From IMG/VR virus record IMGVR_UViG_3300048883_000321: 64,000 bases of DNA, one strand, 5' to 3'. Positions 1-8,070 of the stretch are shown piece by piece (positions within the stretch are counted from its first letter, which is position 1; each line of letters begins with the position of its first letter). The notes beneath the pieces were generated by a model. The model was given only the letters and a program-made list of their open reading frames with translations, made no database searches and had not been told where the DNA came from. The position numbers and the translations under genes are program-made. The DNA is from an uncultured virus (IMG/VR IMGVR_UViG_3300048883_000321). Lineage: Duplodnaviria > Heunggongvirae > Uroviricota > Caudoviricetes.

Positions 1-76
1 CATTAGTACCCAAAGCACCCAACGAAGCCTGAACAAAAGTAGCCAAAACCCTCTCACCCAAATCACGAAAATCCAT
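1..76 (-). CDS. Probable holin (r1t-like), 5' part only; runs off the window
   Basis: Manual translation MDFRDLGERVLATFVQASLGALGTN, with GGGAG upstream. ERxxxTFxQ resembles the N-terminus of actinophage r1t-type holins. Confidence 0.5.
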   Translation of the reverse strand, partial: MDFRDLGERVLATFVQASLGALGTN

Positions 77-90
77 AACCATCATCTCCC

Positions 91-136
91 AAAAAAACCA
101 GCCACCCACACAAGCCCGTGAAGGGATGGTTTTTTG
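91..136. terminator. Possible bidirectional intrinsic terminator
   Basis: AAAAAAACCA...TGGTTTTTTT inverted repeat flanked by A and T runs; weak stem. Confidence 0.3.
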
Positions 137-249
137 TTTTGTTTTGTTGTTTTTTGTTTTGTTTTGGCTTGTTTTGTTGTGTGTGGGGTGTGTGGGTGTG
201 TTGTTTTTCTGGTGGGGTCTAGTGGTGGTTTACTTTGTTTGTGTGTTGT

Positions 250-477
250 TTATATACTGTTTGTGAGGGTTATGGCTGCTGCTGCGATGGCGGTGAGTAG
301 GGTTGCGGGTACTGTGTACATCCAGCGTTCTACGGTGCGTATGCGTTGTTCGAGGTCGGCGATTGTTCTTGTTTGGTTGTCGGTGATTGTGTCTAGTTTG
401 TCTTCGATGGATTCTAGGCGTTCTCCTAGTATCGCTAGTGTTACTGCGTGGGCGTTGAGTTCTTGCTCAGGCATCAT
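250..477 (-). CDS. Small coiled-coil protein with C-terminal transmembrane helix
   Basis: LESIEDKLD...LEQRIRTVERW followed by a hydrophobic C-terminus; this layout is common near lysis genes. Confidence 0.6.
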   Translation of the reverse strand: MMPEQELNAHAVTLAILGERLESIEDKLDTITDNQTRTIADLEQRIRTVERWMYTVPATLLTAIAAAAITLTNSI

Positions 478-1021
478 CGATGTCCCCGTCGTCGTCTTCT
501 TCTTCGCATACACAATCACTGGCTAAACAAACACAATCCTGCCTGCAATCACACCAAACAGGAACCTCATCGTCACCAACCACACCCACACTGTTACTGT
601 TACTCTCCTCTAGGGTAATAGTAGAAGGTAGGTCTTCAGGGGACGCCTGCGGCGGGCTTCCGTCTACCCAGTTAACGGACGAAGAGACACCCATGTGGGC
701 GCGGACTTCGACACCGCATTCGTCGGTCCAGCAACGCAAATACACTAAGTATTGTTTTAGTTCGGGGCTGCCGCCTGTTGGGTATTGGATTCCTTGGCCG
801 CAAACAGCGTCGAGGGTTCCGTGTTCTACTTGTTCGCAGATGAAGTCACGGATAACGTCGGCTTGGTCTCGGGTCATTACACCGTCGACCATGTCTACGG
901 CAATATCCCAGCGTTGACCTGCGGGTACATTGTTTTCGGTAATCGTGTTGTCGGCCTCTACTGTCCAAGCCGTGGGCTTGTCGGACAGGGGGCTGACCCA
1001 GAGTTCGTTTGGTGTTGCCAT
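467..1021 (-). CDS. Hypothetical protein with Cys-rich acidic C-terminus
   Basis: 184-aa ORF; TACACT sits 7 nt before the ATG (leaderless-type start). Confidence 0.6.
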   Translation of the reverse strand: MATPNELWVSPLSDKPTAWTVEADNTITENNVPAGQRWDIAVDMVDGVMTRDQADVIRDFICEQVEHGTLDAVCGQGIQYPTGGSPELKQYLVYLRCWTDECGVEVRAHMGVSSSVNWVDGSPPQASPEDLPSTITLEESNSNSVGVVGDDEVPVWCDCRQDCVCLASDCVCEEEDDDGDIDDA

Positions 1022-1393
1022 ACCTGTAAGTGTACAGTGCGTGGCCGTTTAGGTGTGGAAGGTCACCCCATGTGGTTGCGTGTGACGGGCACTCGGTTTA
1101 GGAGGCGGGTCGCCGCTGTTTTAACTGGTTTAACAGTTGGTGCTTGGCTCTGGTTAGTAACCGCGAGTCTTGTTTCGACCCCTTCGAGTAAAGCCAGAAA
1201 CGCTTGGAACGCCTCTTCAGTCCCTGCGGGTACATGAGTTTTGTTGATCGGGGATGCGTTTTTCAACTACGGGTCCTTCCATGGAGTTCTAGTTTTGCAT
1301 GGTTTTTCGGATAGGTTGACCACCCTGCTCGCTTTTTGCGCGGACTTACACTACTATTTGAGGGACAGGACATCTATATGTTCGGAGGTGCTT

Positions 1394-1750
1394 ATGCGGT
1401 ACACGATAGACACACCCAATCAATCGCTACGAGTGTTTGGTTTAGGAGACAGGAACGCTGTTGATGTTGCGTTACTGGTCCCGCTCCCTGATGCTTCTGC
1501 GTCTGAGAGTATAAAGTTTGGTCGTTCAACAGCGGCCGCTTGGGACACTGTTCCTTCGTTTGCTTGCTTCTCGGCAGCAGATGGGGCAGCGGTCGTTAAG
1601 TGGTCGCCGAAATATAATACGCTTGACCTGTCGTCAGGTGACGCTGTTGGTAGAGTCCTTGTTGGTTACCTACAACGAGAGAAAGTTATCGGCATGTTCG
1701 GAAGCAACGGTCTTGTTTGGTCGGTGCGGAAAGCAAACATAAATGTCTAG
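1394..1750 (+). CDS. Hypothetical protein
   Basis: GGAGGTG RBS before ATG 1394; first of three closely spaced plus-strand ORFs. Confidence 0.5.
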   Translation: MRYTIDTPNQSLRVFGLGDRNAVDVALLVPLPDASASESIKFGRSTAAAWDTVPSFACFSAADGAAVVKWSPKYNTLDLSSGDAVGRVLVGYLQREKVIGMFGSNGLVWSVRKANINV

Positions 1751-2012
1751 TCAAAAGTTCCCCAACGTATTTCACCCGGATTTTCAGCAAGGGTCCGCTA
1801 TTCTGCCTCAGGGTATGCGTAGCGAAATCATGGAAACACCGGCGTACATGGGTTCACCCAAGCCGCCTGCTGCTCCTGAAATGTGTGAAGTGGCTGTAGA
1901 TACTGTTAAAGCGGTACGGGATTTACTGGAAAGCATGGCTGAAACATTTCGCATGACTGGTATGCTCGACCTCGCTGACCAAGCGGAAACTGTCGCTGGT
2001 TTACTCTCTTAA
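1743..2012 (+). CDS. Hypothetical protein
   Basis: 89-aa ORF overlapping the upstream stop. Confidence 0.55.
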   Translation: MSSQKFPNVFHPDFQQGSAILPQGMRSEIMETPAYMGSPKPPAAPEMCEVAVDTVKAVRDLLESMAETFRMTGMLDLADQAETVAGLLS

Positions 2013-2025
2013 CTCTTAAGGCACC

Positions 2026-2262
2026 ATGACTGAAAACAAATGTACCGGTACTGAAGCGTCGTATGTACGGGGATGCCGGTGCGATGATTGTAAGCAGGCT
2101 CGTAGTGTCGCTGTGAAGCGCCGCAGCCATGAGAAGCGTCAAGCGGAACGGGCTGCGTCACCGGCGAACATCGTGATCGATAAAAGCAAACCGTTTCGTT
2201 TGCCATCGAGAGATAGTTTTCAGGATTGCATCACTAGGGAACAGTATTACCGCAACAATTAG
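2026..2262 (+). CDS. Small Zn-binding protein
   Basis: CTGTEASYVRGCRCDDC motif, a YxxGCRCxxC type common in actinophage small proteins. Confidence 0.6.
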   Translation: MTENKCTGTEASYVRGCRCDDCKQARSVAVKRRSHEKRQAERAASPANIVIDKSKPFRLPSRDSFQDCITREQYYRNN

Positions 2263-2801
2263 CGGAACAAAGGTCCCAATACCCAGCCGACAGCGCACCA
2301 GCGTTCCCCTTTAGTTACCGGGTTGACGCTGTGAAGCGTCCACGAAGGCCACATTGTTGCTGCGCCTTGTACCTGCGATGCTTGGTCGTCTTCGGGGCCT
2401 ATGTGTAAATTGACTTCGCCGCCTTCGTAATCTTTAGGGTCGGAGAGTTGAACTGAAGACGAGATTTTACGGCGAGTGTAAGTCCCCCCCCAGTCTGTAT
2501 GTCGTGTATAGAAATCGTCGGGCAGGTACCGTATCACTTCGATACCGGGTAGTTGGTCAATGTCGAATCCCCAAATATTGTATCGTCGGCAGGCATGCCA
2601 GAGTTCGCCAACGAGTTCAGGGTGGTGGGCTCCGTCGATGAACCATCGGGTCGCTGACCTGATGTCAGAGCGGGCCCCTGATTGGCCGTCTTGTTGAACG
2701 GTTGCTTCGTGGGCTTCTCCTTCTAAAGCGACACGTTTAACTATTTCGCATTGCTCAGCAGTCCACAAATCCATTGTTTGATATACGGATGGGGCGTTCA
2801 T
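2259..2801 (-). CDS. 2OG-Fe(II) oxygenase (prolyl-hydroxylase/PKHD-like)
   Basis: Y...HTD, RKISSSVQLSDP.DYEGG, LHSV.PVTKGERW: HxD...H triad plus the 2OG-binding Arg. Confidence 0.85.
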   Translation of the reverse strand: MNAPSVYQTMDLWTAEQCEIVKRVALEGEAHEATVQQDGQSGARSDIRSATRWFIDGAHHPELVGELWHACRRYNIWGFDIDQLPGIEVIRYLPDDFYTRHTDWGGTYTRRKISSSVQLSDPKDYEGGEVNLHIGPEDDQASQVQGAATMWPSWTLHSVNPVTKGERWCAVGWVLGPLFR

Positions 2802-3280
2802 TTGGTTCCTTTCAACCGGTGTTCTTCCCTGTATTCCATGAACCGGGAAGCGAGATCAAATACGAGTTTATCGTCTTCGGCTCCTGCCATGCGGGCTGCT
2901 TGGCGTTTCTCACGGCGAGACAACTTCTCCATGTCGGTTGAGTCAACGTTGTGGCGGGCAAGGGTTTCTGTTACCCGTACAGCCATAGCCGCCAACTGTT
3001 GAACAACACGAGGGTCACCTAACCCGCTTTCCCCTTCATAGTTTTCTCTTTCCGCAAGTAACCCGACAGCCATGTCCCATGTTTCTTTCGAAGCGGGTTT
3101 CATCCTATGAGTTGTCGCCCAATATTTACGGTTAGGCCACTGGTCAGCCAACTCGTCTGCTGTGACCCCTTGCTGTTCCGCTACGTCGGCTATGCGGGTT
3201 GCTTTGTCGATACGGCGTTGCATTTCGAACGGGTTTGGCTCGTCAGACAATGATCCGTACTTTCCGTTTGCGAGACACAA
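2798..3280 (-). CDS. Hypothetical protein
   Basis: ORF tightly packed between terL and the oxygenase; start uncertain. Confidence 0.6.
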   Translation of the reverse strand: MCLANGKYGSLSDEPNPFEMQRRIDKATRIADVAEQQGVTADELADQWPNRKYWATTHRMKPASKETWDMAVGLLAERENYEGESGLGDPRVVQQLAAMAVRVTETLARHNVDSTDMEKLSRREKRQAARMAGAEDDKLVFDLASRFMEYREEHRLKGTK

Positions 3281-4571
3281 GACTATTCACAGCACCAGAC
3301 AAAGCGTCTACCTGATCGTCGTGTGCGCCCTTAGGGAACTGGACCAACTCATCTACAAACGCTTTGTTCCACCGGCCACGCAGCAACTTGATGTTGCCCA
3401 TTTCGGCCGCCGACGACGCTACACGGGCTCGCTCTACTTTGTTACCAGTAGGGCGCACCCCTTTGAACACGTACCCGACGAGAACAGTGCGGGCGTAATG
3501 GTCGATCGTGTTGACACCGCCAGAACCGGGTTCTTGTTCCATGACGATATCTACCAACGGGCCATCAGATTCAGCGGTGCGTTTCACAAGGTTTTGTACC
3601 TCACCGGGGGTGCCGCGTATGCGTTGAATATCGTAAACATAGTACCGGCCGTCGTCTATCCCGATTAAAGCCCCAACTGTGTAATCAGGGTTCTTTCCTT
3701 TTGCTGGAGCGGTTGCTGCTAAATCCCAGTAACGGACTTTCTTAACATTCGACGGTGGGGAATCAATGACGTCGAACCAGTCGGCTTCGAACATGCCGCC
3801 CGATTCTGAAACTTCCCAGTTGCCTTCCAGTAGGCGGGCTCGTTCCACAGCATCCAATTCGGCGAGGCTACGTTTGTATTCGACGGCATCCAACGAAGGG
3901 TTATCGGTGATAAGTGACGGCATGAACTTGCGTTCCTCACCCTTGTTGAGAATAAACCGTTCGTACACCCAGTCGTTGCCTCGACCACCGGGGTTCGTTG
4001 CAGCCCTGACACGCAACGGGATATCAGCAACCGACATGCCGCAACTAGGGCAGCGAGGAATCTTGTCGTGGCTGGTGATTTTACGGACACGAGAAAACCC
4101 GATATACAAATACACTTTGTCAGACGGCCACTGCGTTAACTCGTCTACCCCAACAAACTGGTAAGCAAACGACTGGAAGTTGTAGCGGTCTTCTTCTCGT
4201 TCGCAATGCCCTAACGTGAGTGTCGCCCCAGAATCAAACGTGAACCGTTTGTTCGTAACATTATAATCAACGTTTTGCCCGCTGAACCATTCTTGGCAAC
4301 GGTCGATAAAACCATCGGGCCCAGATAACTGAGGGTACGTTTGGCGTAAAAGAAGAGCAGAGTAACCGGGGACACAAGCGTATTGGAGTGCCGCTATCAG
4401 CAAAGTATCCGATTTGCCGCCGCCTGCCGCTCCGCCAAATAACGCTTCCCTAGTCGAAGACCAAGTTAAATATGCTTGCTGCTTCGGGTGGGGTTCATGC
4501 GGGAGAGTCAGGTTGCACGGCTTCTTGTACGATATCAGCCTCGATAATGCTTCCTTCGTCTTCTGATCCAT
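3243..4571 (-). CDS. terL: Terminase large subunit
   Basis: Walker A GGAAGGGKS, Walker B VGVDE, ATNPGG coupling motif, nuclease WDLA...DYT and HDDQVD. Confidence 0.95.
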   Translation of the reverse strand: MDQKTKEALSRLISYKKPCNLTLPHEPHPKQQAYLTWSSTREALFGGAAGGGKSDTLLIAALQYACVPGYSALLLRQTYPQLSGPDGFIDRCQEWFSGQNVDYNVTNKRFTFDSGATLTLGHCEREEDRYNFQSFAYQFVGVDELTQWPSDKVYLYIGFSRVRKITSHDKIPRCPSCGMSVADIPLRVRAATNPGGRGNDWVYERFILNKGEERKFMPSLITDNPSLDAVEYKRSLAELDAVERARLLEGNWEVSESGGMFEADWFDVIDSPPSNVKKVRYWDLAATAPAKGKNPDYTVGALIGIDDGRYYVYDIQRIRGTPGEVQNLVKRTAESDGPLVDIVMEQEPGSGGVNTIDHYARTVLVGYVFKGVRPTGNKVERARVASSAAEMGNIKLLRGRWNKAFVDELVQFPKGAHDDQVDALSGAVNSLVSRKRKVRIIV

Positions 4572-5178
4572 TGTCTTCTCCGTCTATTGCTGCCAAGACT
4601 TCCATAGGGAGGTCACCGGCGTCTACAAGTGCTTCCAACACTTTCCGTTGTCTTAATGCGTCAGATTCGGCGTCTACATGCACGGTAGCAGTAATCTGAG
4701 TCATTGGCCCACCGTTAGCCCCCGTGACCTCCAACCGGGTTGCCGGATCGGACCAGCGTTGAGGGAATGCTTTGGCGAGGAACCGTTCAGCGGCCCGCCA
4801 ATCGCCATCTACGGCTTCCGTGTACCAGCGTGTCACTAACGCTGCTTCGGATTTGCCTGATGCTTTTTCTAACTCGTTGAGGAACCATAAGCATTCTTCG
4901 CTGGTGCCGTCGAGTTTTTCGCCTTGCATGAGTTTCTCTCGGGCTTCTTCGCCTTCATGGATCCATCTGTAGAAAGTTTGCTTGTTGATACCGTAAGCCT
5001 CGTAAGCGGTTTTTCTGTAGTTGCCGGCTCCGATGAGTTTAATGATGCCTTCGAGTTTGACCCGAGGCGTGGTCAAGCCAGTGCGAAGCGAACGCTGGAT
5101 TTTCGGGGGAGTGTACTCGGGGTCCAAAACTCGTTTGTATTTGCGTGGCGGGGTTTCATCCGCTGCTTCTTCGGTCAT
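4495..5178 (-). CDS. terS: Probable terminase small subunit
   Basis: HTH (GINKQTFYRW), DWRAAERFL...PQRW, LEVTGANGGP; lies immediately upstream of terL. Confidence 0.75.
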   Translation of the reverse strand: MTEEAADETPPRKYKRVLDPEYTPPKIQRSLRTGLTTPRVKLEGIIKLIGAGNYRKTAYEAYGINKQTFYRWIHEGEEAREKLMQGEKLDGTSEECLWFLNELEKASGKSEAALVTRWYTEAVDGDWRAAERFLAKAFPQRWSDPATRLEVTGANGGPMTQITATVHVDAESDALRQRKVLEALVDAGDLPMEVLAAIDGEDNGSEDEGSIIEADIVQEAVQPDSPA

Positions 5179-5939
5179 TTGATTCCTACCCATCCAGCGA
5201 AGTTCATCCACCGCCAGAAACATTCATGGTGGGTGAATCCGCTTTGGTTTAATAAATGTTTATTCCAGCCCTCCGACAAGGGTTCCATTACCCCGTCGAG
5301 GCTAAGCCGTTTCCGTTCGATCTGCTCTTCCGTGTAACCCATGTTTCGTTTATGGTTATGGTAGATGCAAATCATTTCTTCCTTAAGTTGTTCCGTGTCG
5401 CCTACCAGTTTCTCAACAAATACGAGGCGCCCACCGGGGCGAAGCAACCTGTAGAACTCGTCGAGGATCCGTAACCTGTGAACCACAGGCACGAACTGAA
5501 GCGTCAACACACACAATACCACATCGAACTCGCCGTCGCCAAAAGGCATGTGGTCTCTTAAGTCGTGGTGGTAAAACTCGTACCGATTGTCGCCTTCAGA
5601 CATCTCTAATGCCCTGTTAAGCATCGGCTGTGACACATCGGTTCCAGCGAGGCGAGGGATCGTACGCCCATGCTTGCGAGCAAACACATCGAACCCTTCC
5701 AACGCCAACCCGTTAGAACAACCAGCGTCCAACACAGCGTTAAGGCTTTCCCCGCCCTGCGACCTTTTCTCAGGGTCGACAAGCATCGGGGCGGCGATAG
5801 CGTTCACCGCTTCCCTCATTTTACGGTAATCAGGGATACTGCGTTCCAGCATGTCGTCAAAGACGGCCGCTACGTCAGCGTCGAATTCCCAATCTCCGTC
5901 GGGCATCGTCTCATCACGCATACCCTCAGCGTACAACAT
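5175..5939 (-). CDS. CmoA-like carboxy-S-adenosylmethionine synthase / SAM-binding protein
   Basis: WEFDADVAAVFDDMLERSIPDY, DAGCSNG, LTLQF, EK, HKRNMGYTEEQIERKRLSL, WMNF. These run collinear with the CmoA family motifs as recalled ([50 protein letters not shown]). Confidence 0.8.
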   Translation of the reverse strand: MLYAEGMRDETMPDGDWEFDADVAAVFDDMLERSIPDYRKMREAVNAIAAPMLVDPEKRSQGGESLNAVLDAGCSNGLALEGFDVFARKHGRTIPRLAGTDVSQPMLNRALEMSEGDNRYEFYHHDLRDHMPFGDGEFDVVLCVLTLQFVPVVHRLRILDEFYRLLRPGGRLVFVEKLVGDTEQLKEEMICIYHNHKRNMGYTEEQIERKRLSLDGVMEPLSEGWNKHLLNQSGFTHHECFWRWMNFAGWVGIK

Positions 5940-5958
5940 GCCTTAACCGGCGGCAGGG

Positions 5959-6486
5959 TTACGGGAGAAGAGTTTTCCAAGGATCGTTGTCGTCGCGGTT
6001 GGCGTCACGGCATTCAACCCCGTTAGAGCGGTACATGGACCGCGAATACTTGTTTGATTCGATAGCGAAATACAGTTGAGGGTCTTCGCCATGGCGAGGC
6101 ATAATGACTTCAGTTAAATACCGTTGCTTTGCTCGGTGAGCCCGCAACGCACCCTTCCCAGAAGGATCAGCCCACGGGTTGAAACACACTTCGTTGGGTT
6201 GCCAGCCAGTAAGCGACTTGATGCGTTCCAACGTCATCTCTTCGTACACCTCTGACCGGGCAGTACATAAAATAACGTACTCGTTTTTAAGCAACTCGAT
6301 AATCCATTTACGGTACGTTTCGACCTCAGACACAAACTTTGTCATCGGACGGTGCTTCGGCATTTCTTTAAAGTTGCTAGACAACGCAACGTTCAAGTCT
6401 TGCAAAATGATGCGGCCGGATGGGCCAAACGCAATCTCGCTTTTAGGTTGTAATGGGAACAGGGAATCTTGGTCGTTCATAGACAT
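5959..6486 (-). CDS. HAD-fold protein (polynucleotide 3'-phosphatase-like) with atypical catalytic motifs
   Basis: IILQDLNVAL (motif I-like), VILCTARSE (motif II), K, FAIESN (motif IV-like). Confidence 0.55.
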   Translation of the reverse strand: MSMNDQDSLFPLQPKSEIAFGPSGRIILQDLNVALSSNFKEMPKHRPMTKFVSEVETYRKWIIELLKNEYVILCTARSEVYEEMTLERIKSLTGWQPNEVCFNPWADPSGKGALRAHRAKQRYLTEVIMPRHGEDPQLYFAIESNKYSRSMYRSNGVECRDANRDDNDPWKTLLP

Positions 6487-6489
6487 ATC

Positions 6490-8070
6490 TTAGAGCGCCA
6501 TCTCTAGTCTCCGTGAGAAGGCTTCCAAAGCCTCATCGACCCTGTTGAAAGACTCATCGGGGAACGGCAAATCAAACTCGAATCTGATTGCTTCGGTTAA
6601 CGCCACAGGGTCAACATCTACAGGGCTGCCGCATACTGCTTGAACCAACTGGTTCGGGGTATACAAGTAAGCGTTAACGTCGCGGAACCCGATGCGCCAC
6701 AGTTCCTCCCATTCGTTGATCGAAAAATACTTTTGGACTTTCGGGTGTTTGATCAAATCAGACACAACTACACCCTCTTCGTAACCAGCGGAAAACGACG
6801 AATCGAATTGGGTTTCATGGTTCGAAATGTTGTCCTTCTGCCCCATCGCTGCCCTGTACCGGTCGGCGTTACGAGAAATCGCTCCAGCGTAAACCGTTGT
6901 GTTGGGCGACGACAAAGCCGACACGATGCGAACAATATGGACACGATCCTGATGAAAGGGGACGCTGTTAAGCACCGATGCGAGGAAAATCGAATCGAAC
7001 TCAGTTCCGTCCGCTACACGAGCGAGAAACACATCGGCGATGTAACGAGCGGCTTCCATATCAAACCCGGAATCTTTGCCACCCGTGTAATACGGTTCGA
7101 ACGCTACACAATCGACACCCATCACATCTTGCATCACATGAGACTTGTCTAACAGCCCAGCACCAAAATCCAGCACCGTATCCCCGTACCAGCGTTTCCA
7201 CGCTTCGACATGCTGAGGGTTCGCTGGTTCAAACGTAGACGCCGCTCTCTGCGTTTTACCCGTGCGAGATAGTGCTGCTATCAGGTCGCAACACATCGTA
7301 GGCATCAAAAAATCTTGACGGTTGCTGGCCCGCCTAAACGAGTTGTACCGCAACACATCAGCGTATTTGTCTTCCAAATCGAAATCCATTGACAAATGGT
7401 TCAACAAGATACGGGCAAGGTCAGCGCCTTTATCGGGGACCCTAATGACCTGCACGTTAGGGATACCAACTTCGGCGGCGTGTTGAAGGCGACCGATACC
7501 GTTAACGACCTTATTTTTTTTCGTCACCACCAAAGGGATCGTTGTGCGTCCCCAGTGATACAGGCTTTCTGCTTGGCGAATCGTGTGGTATCGAAACATT
7601 TGAAGGTTTCTGCTCAGCAACTCTTTGGTGCCCATCGTTTCCATGAAAGCGCAAGGGAACCATTCGTCGGAATCGATTTCGATATCGGGGAGGCTCCCCA
7701 CTGCTTGTTTGACGACAGACATAGGGAGACGTTCCGACAAAGTTTCGCCGGTGTCCTGCTTGTCCATGTCGTTGGTGGCACGGTTGAACACAATGTTGAC
7801 GCCTTTACGGCGTTGCAGATCAAGGTCAGGTAAGAACACGACAGGAACCTTTGTGGCTCCAAGTTCACGGGCAGCGTCTAAACGTTGATGCCCTGATAAA
7901 ACTTCGCCCTCTGGGGTCGCGTACATAGGGAGCAGCCACCCGAGTTTCTGCAAACTCAATTTCACCATGTCGAAACGGTGAGGGTCAGCCCTGCGCGGGT
8001 TGTAGGGGGCTTTCCTGAGTGTCTCTATATCAACTAACTCGACATTGACGAACTTAACAATTCGGGTCAT
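6490..8070 (-). CDS. ParB/Srx-domain protein fused to a SAM-dependent transferase-like domain
   Basis: N-terminal YNPR...VLSGHQRL; second ParB-like unit VVNGIGRL; C-terminal Rossmann motifs VLDFGAG, AFEPY, SVLNSVP, QKYF. Confidence 0.75.
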   Translation of the reverse strand: MTRIVKFVNVELVDIETLRKAPYNPRRADPHRFDMVKLSLQKLGWLLPMYATPEGEVLSGHQRLDAARELGATKVPVVFLPDLDLQRRKGVNIVFNRATNDMDKQDTGETLSERLPMSVVKQAVGSLPDIEIDSDEWFPCAFMETMGTKELLSRNLQMFRYHTIRQAESLYHWGRTTIPLVVTKKNKVVNGIGRLQHAAEVGIPNVQVIRVPDKGADLARILLNHLSMDFDLEDKYADVLRYNSFRRASNRQDFLMPTMCCDLIAALSRTGKTQRAASTFEPANPQHVEAWKRWYGDTVLDFGAGLLDKSHVMQDVMGVDCVAFEPYYTGGKDSGFDMEAARYIADVFLARVADGTEFDSIFLASVLNSVPFHQDRVHIVRIVSALSSPNTTVYAGAISRNADRYRAAMGQKDNISNHETQFDSSFSAGYEEGVVVSDLIKHPKVQKYFSINEWEELWRIGFRDVNAYLYTPNQLVQAVCGSPVDVDPVALTEAIRFEFDLPFPDESFNRVDEALEAFSRRLEMAL

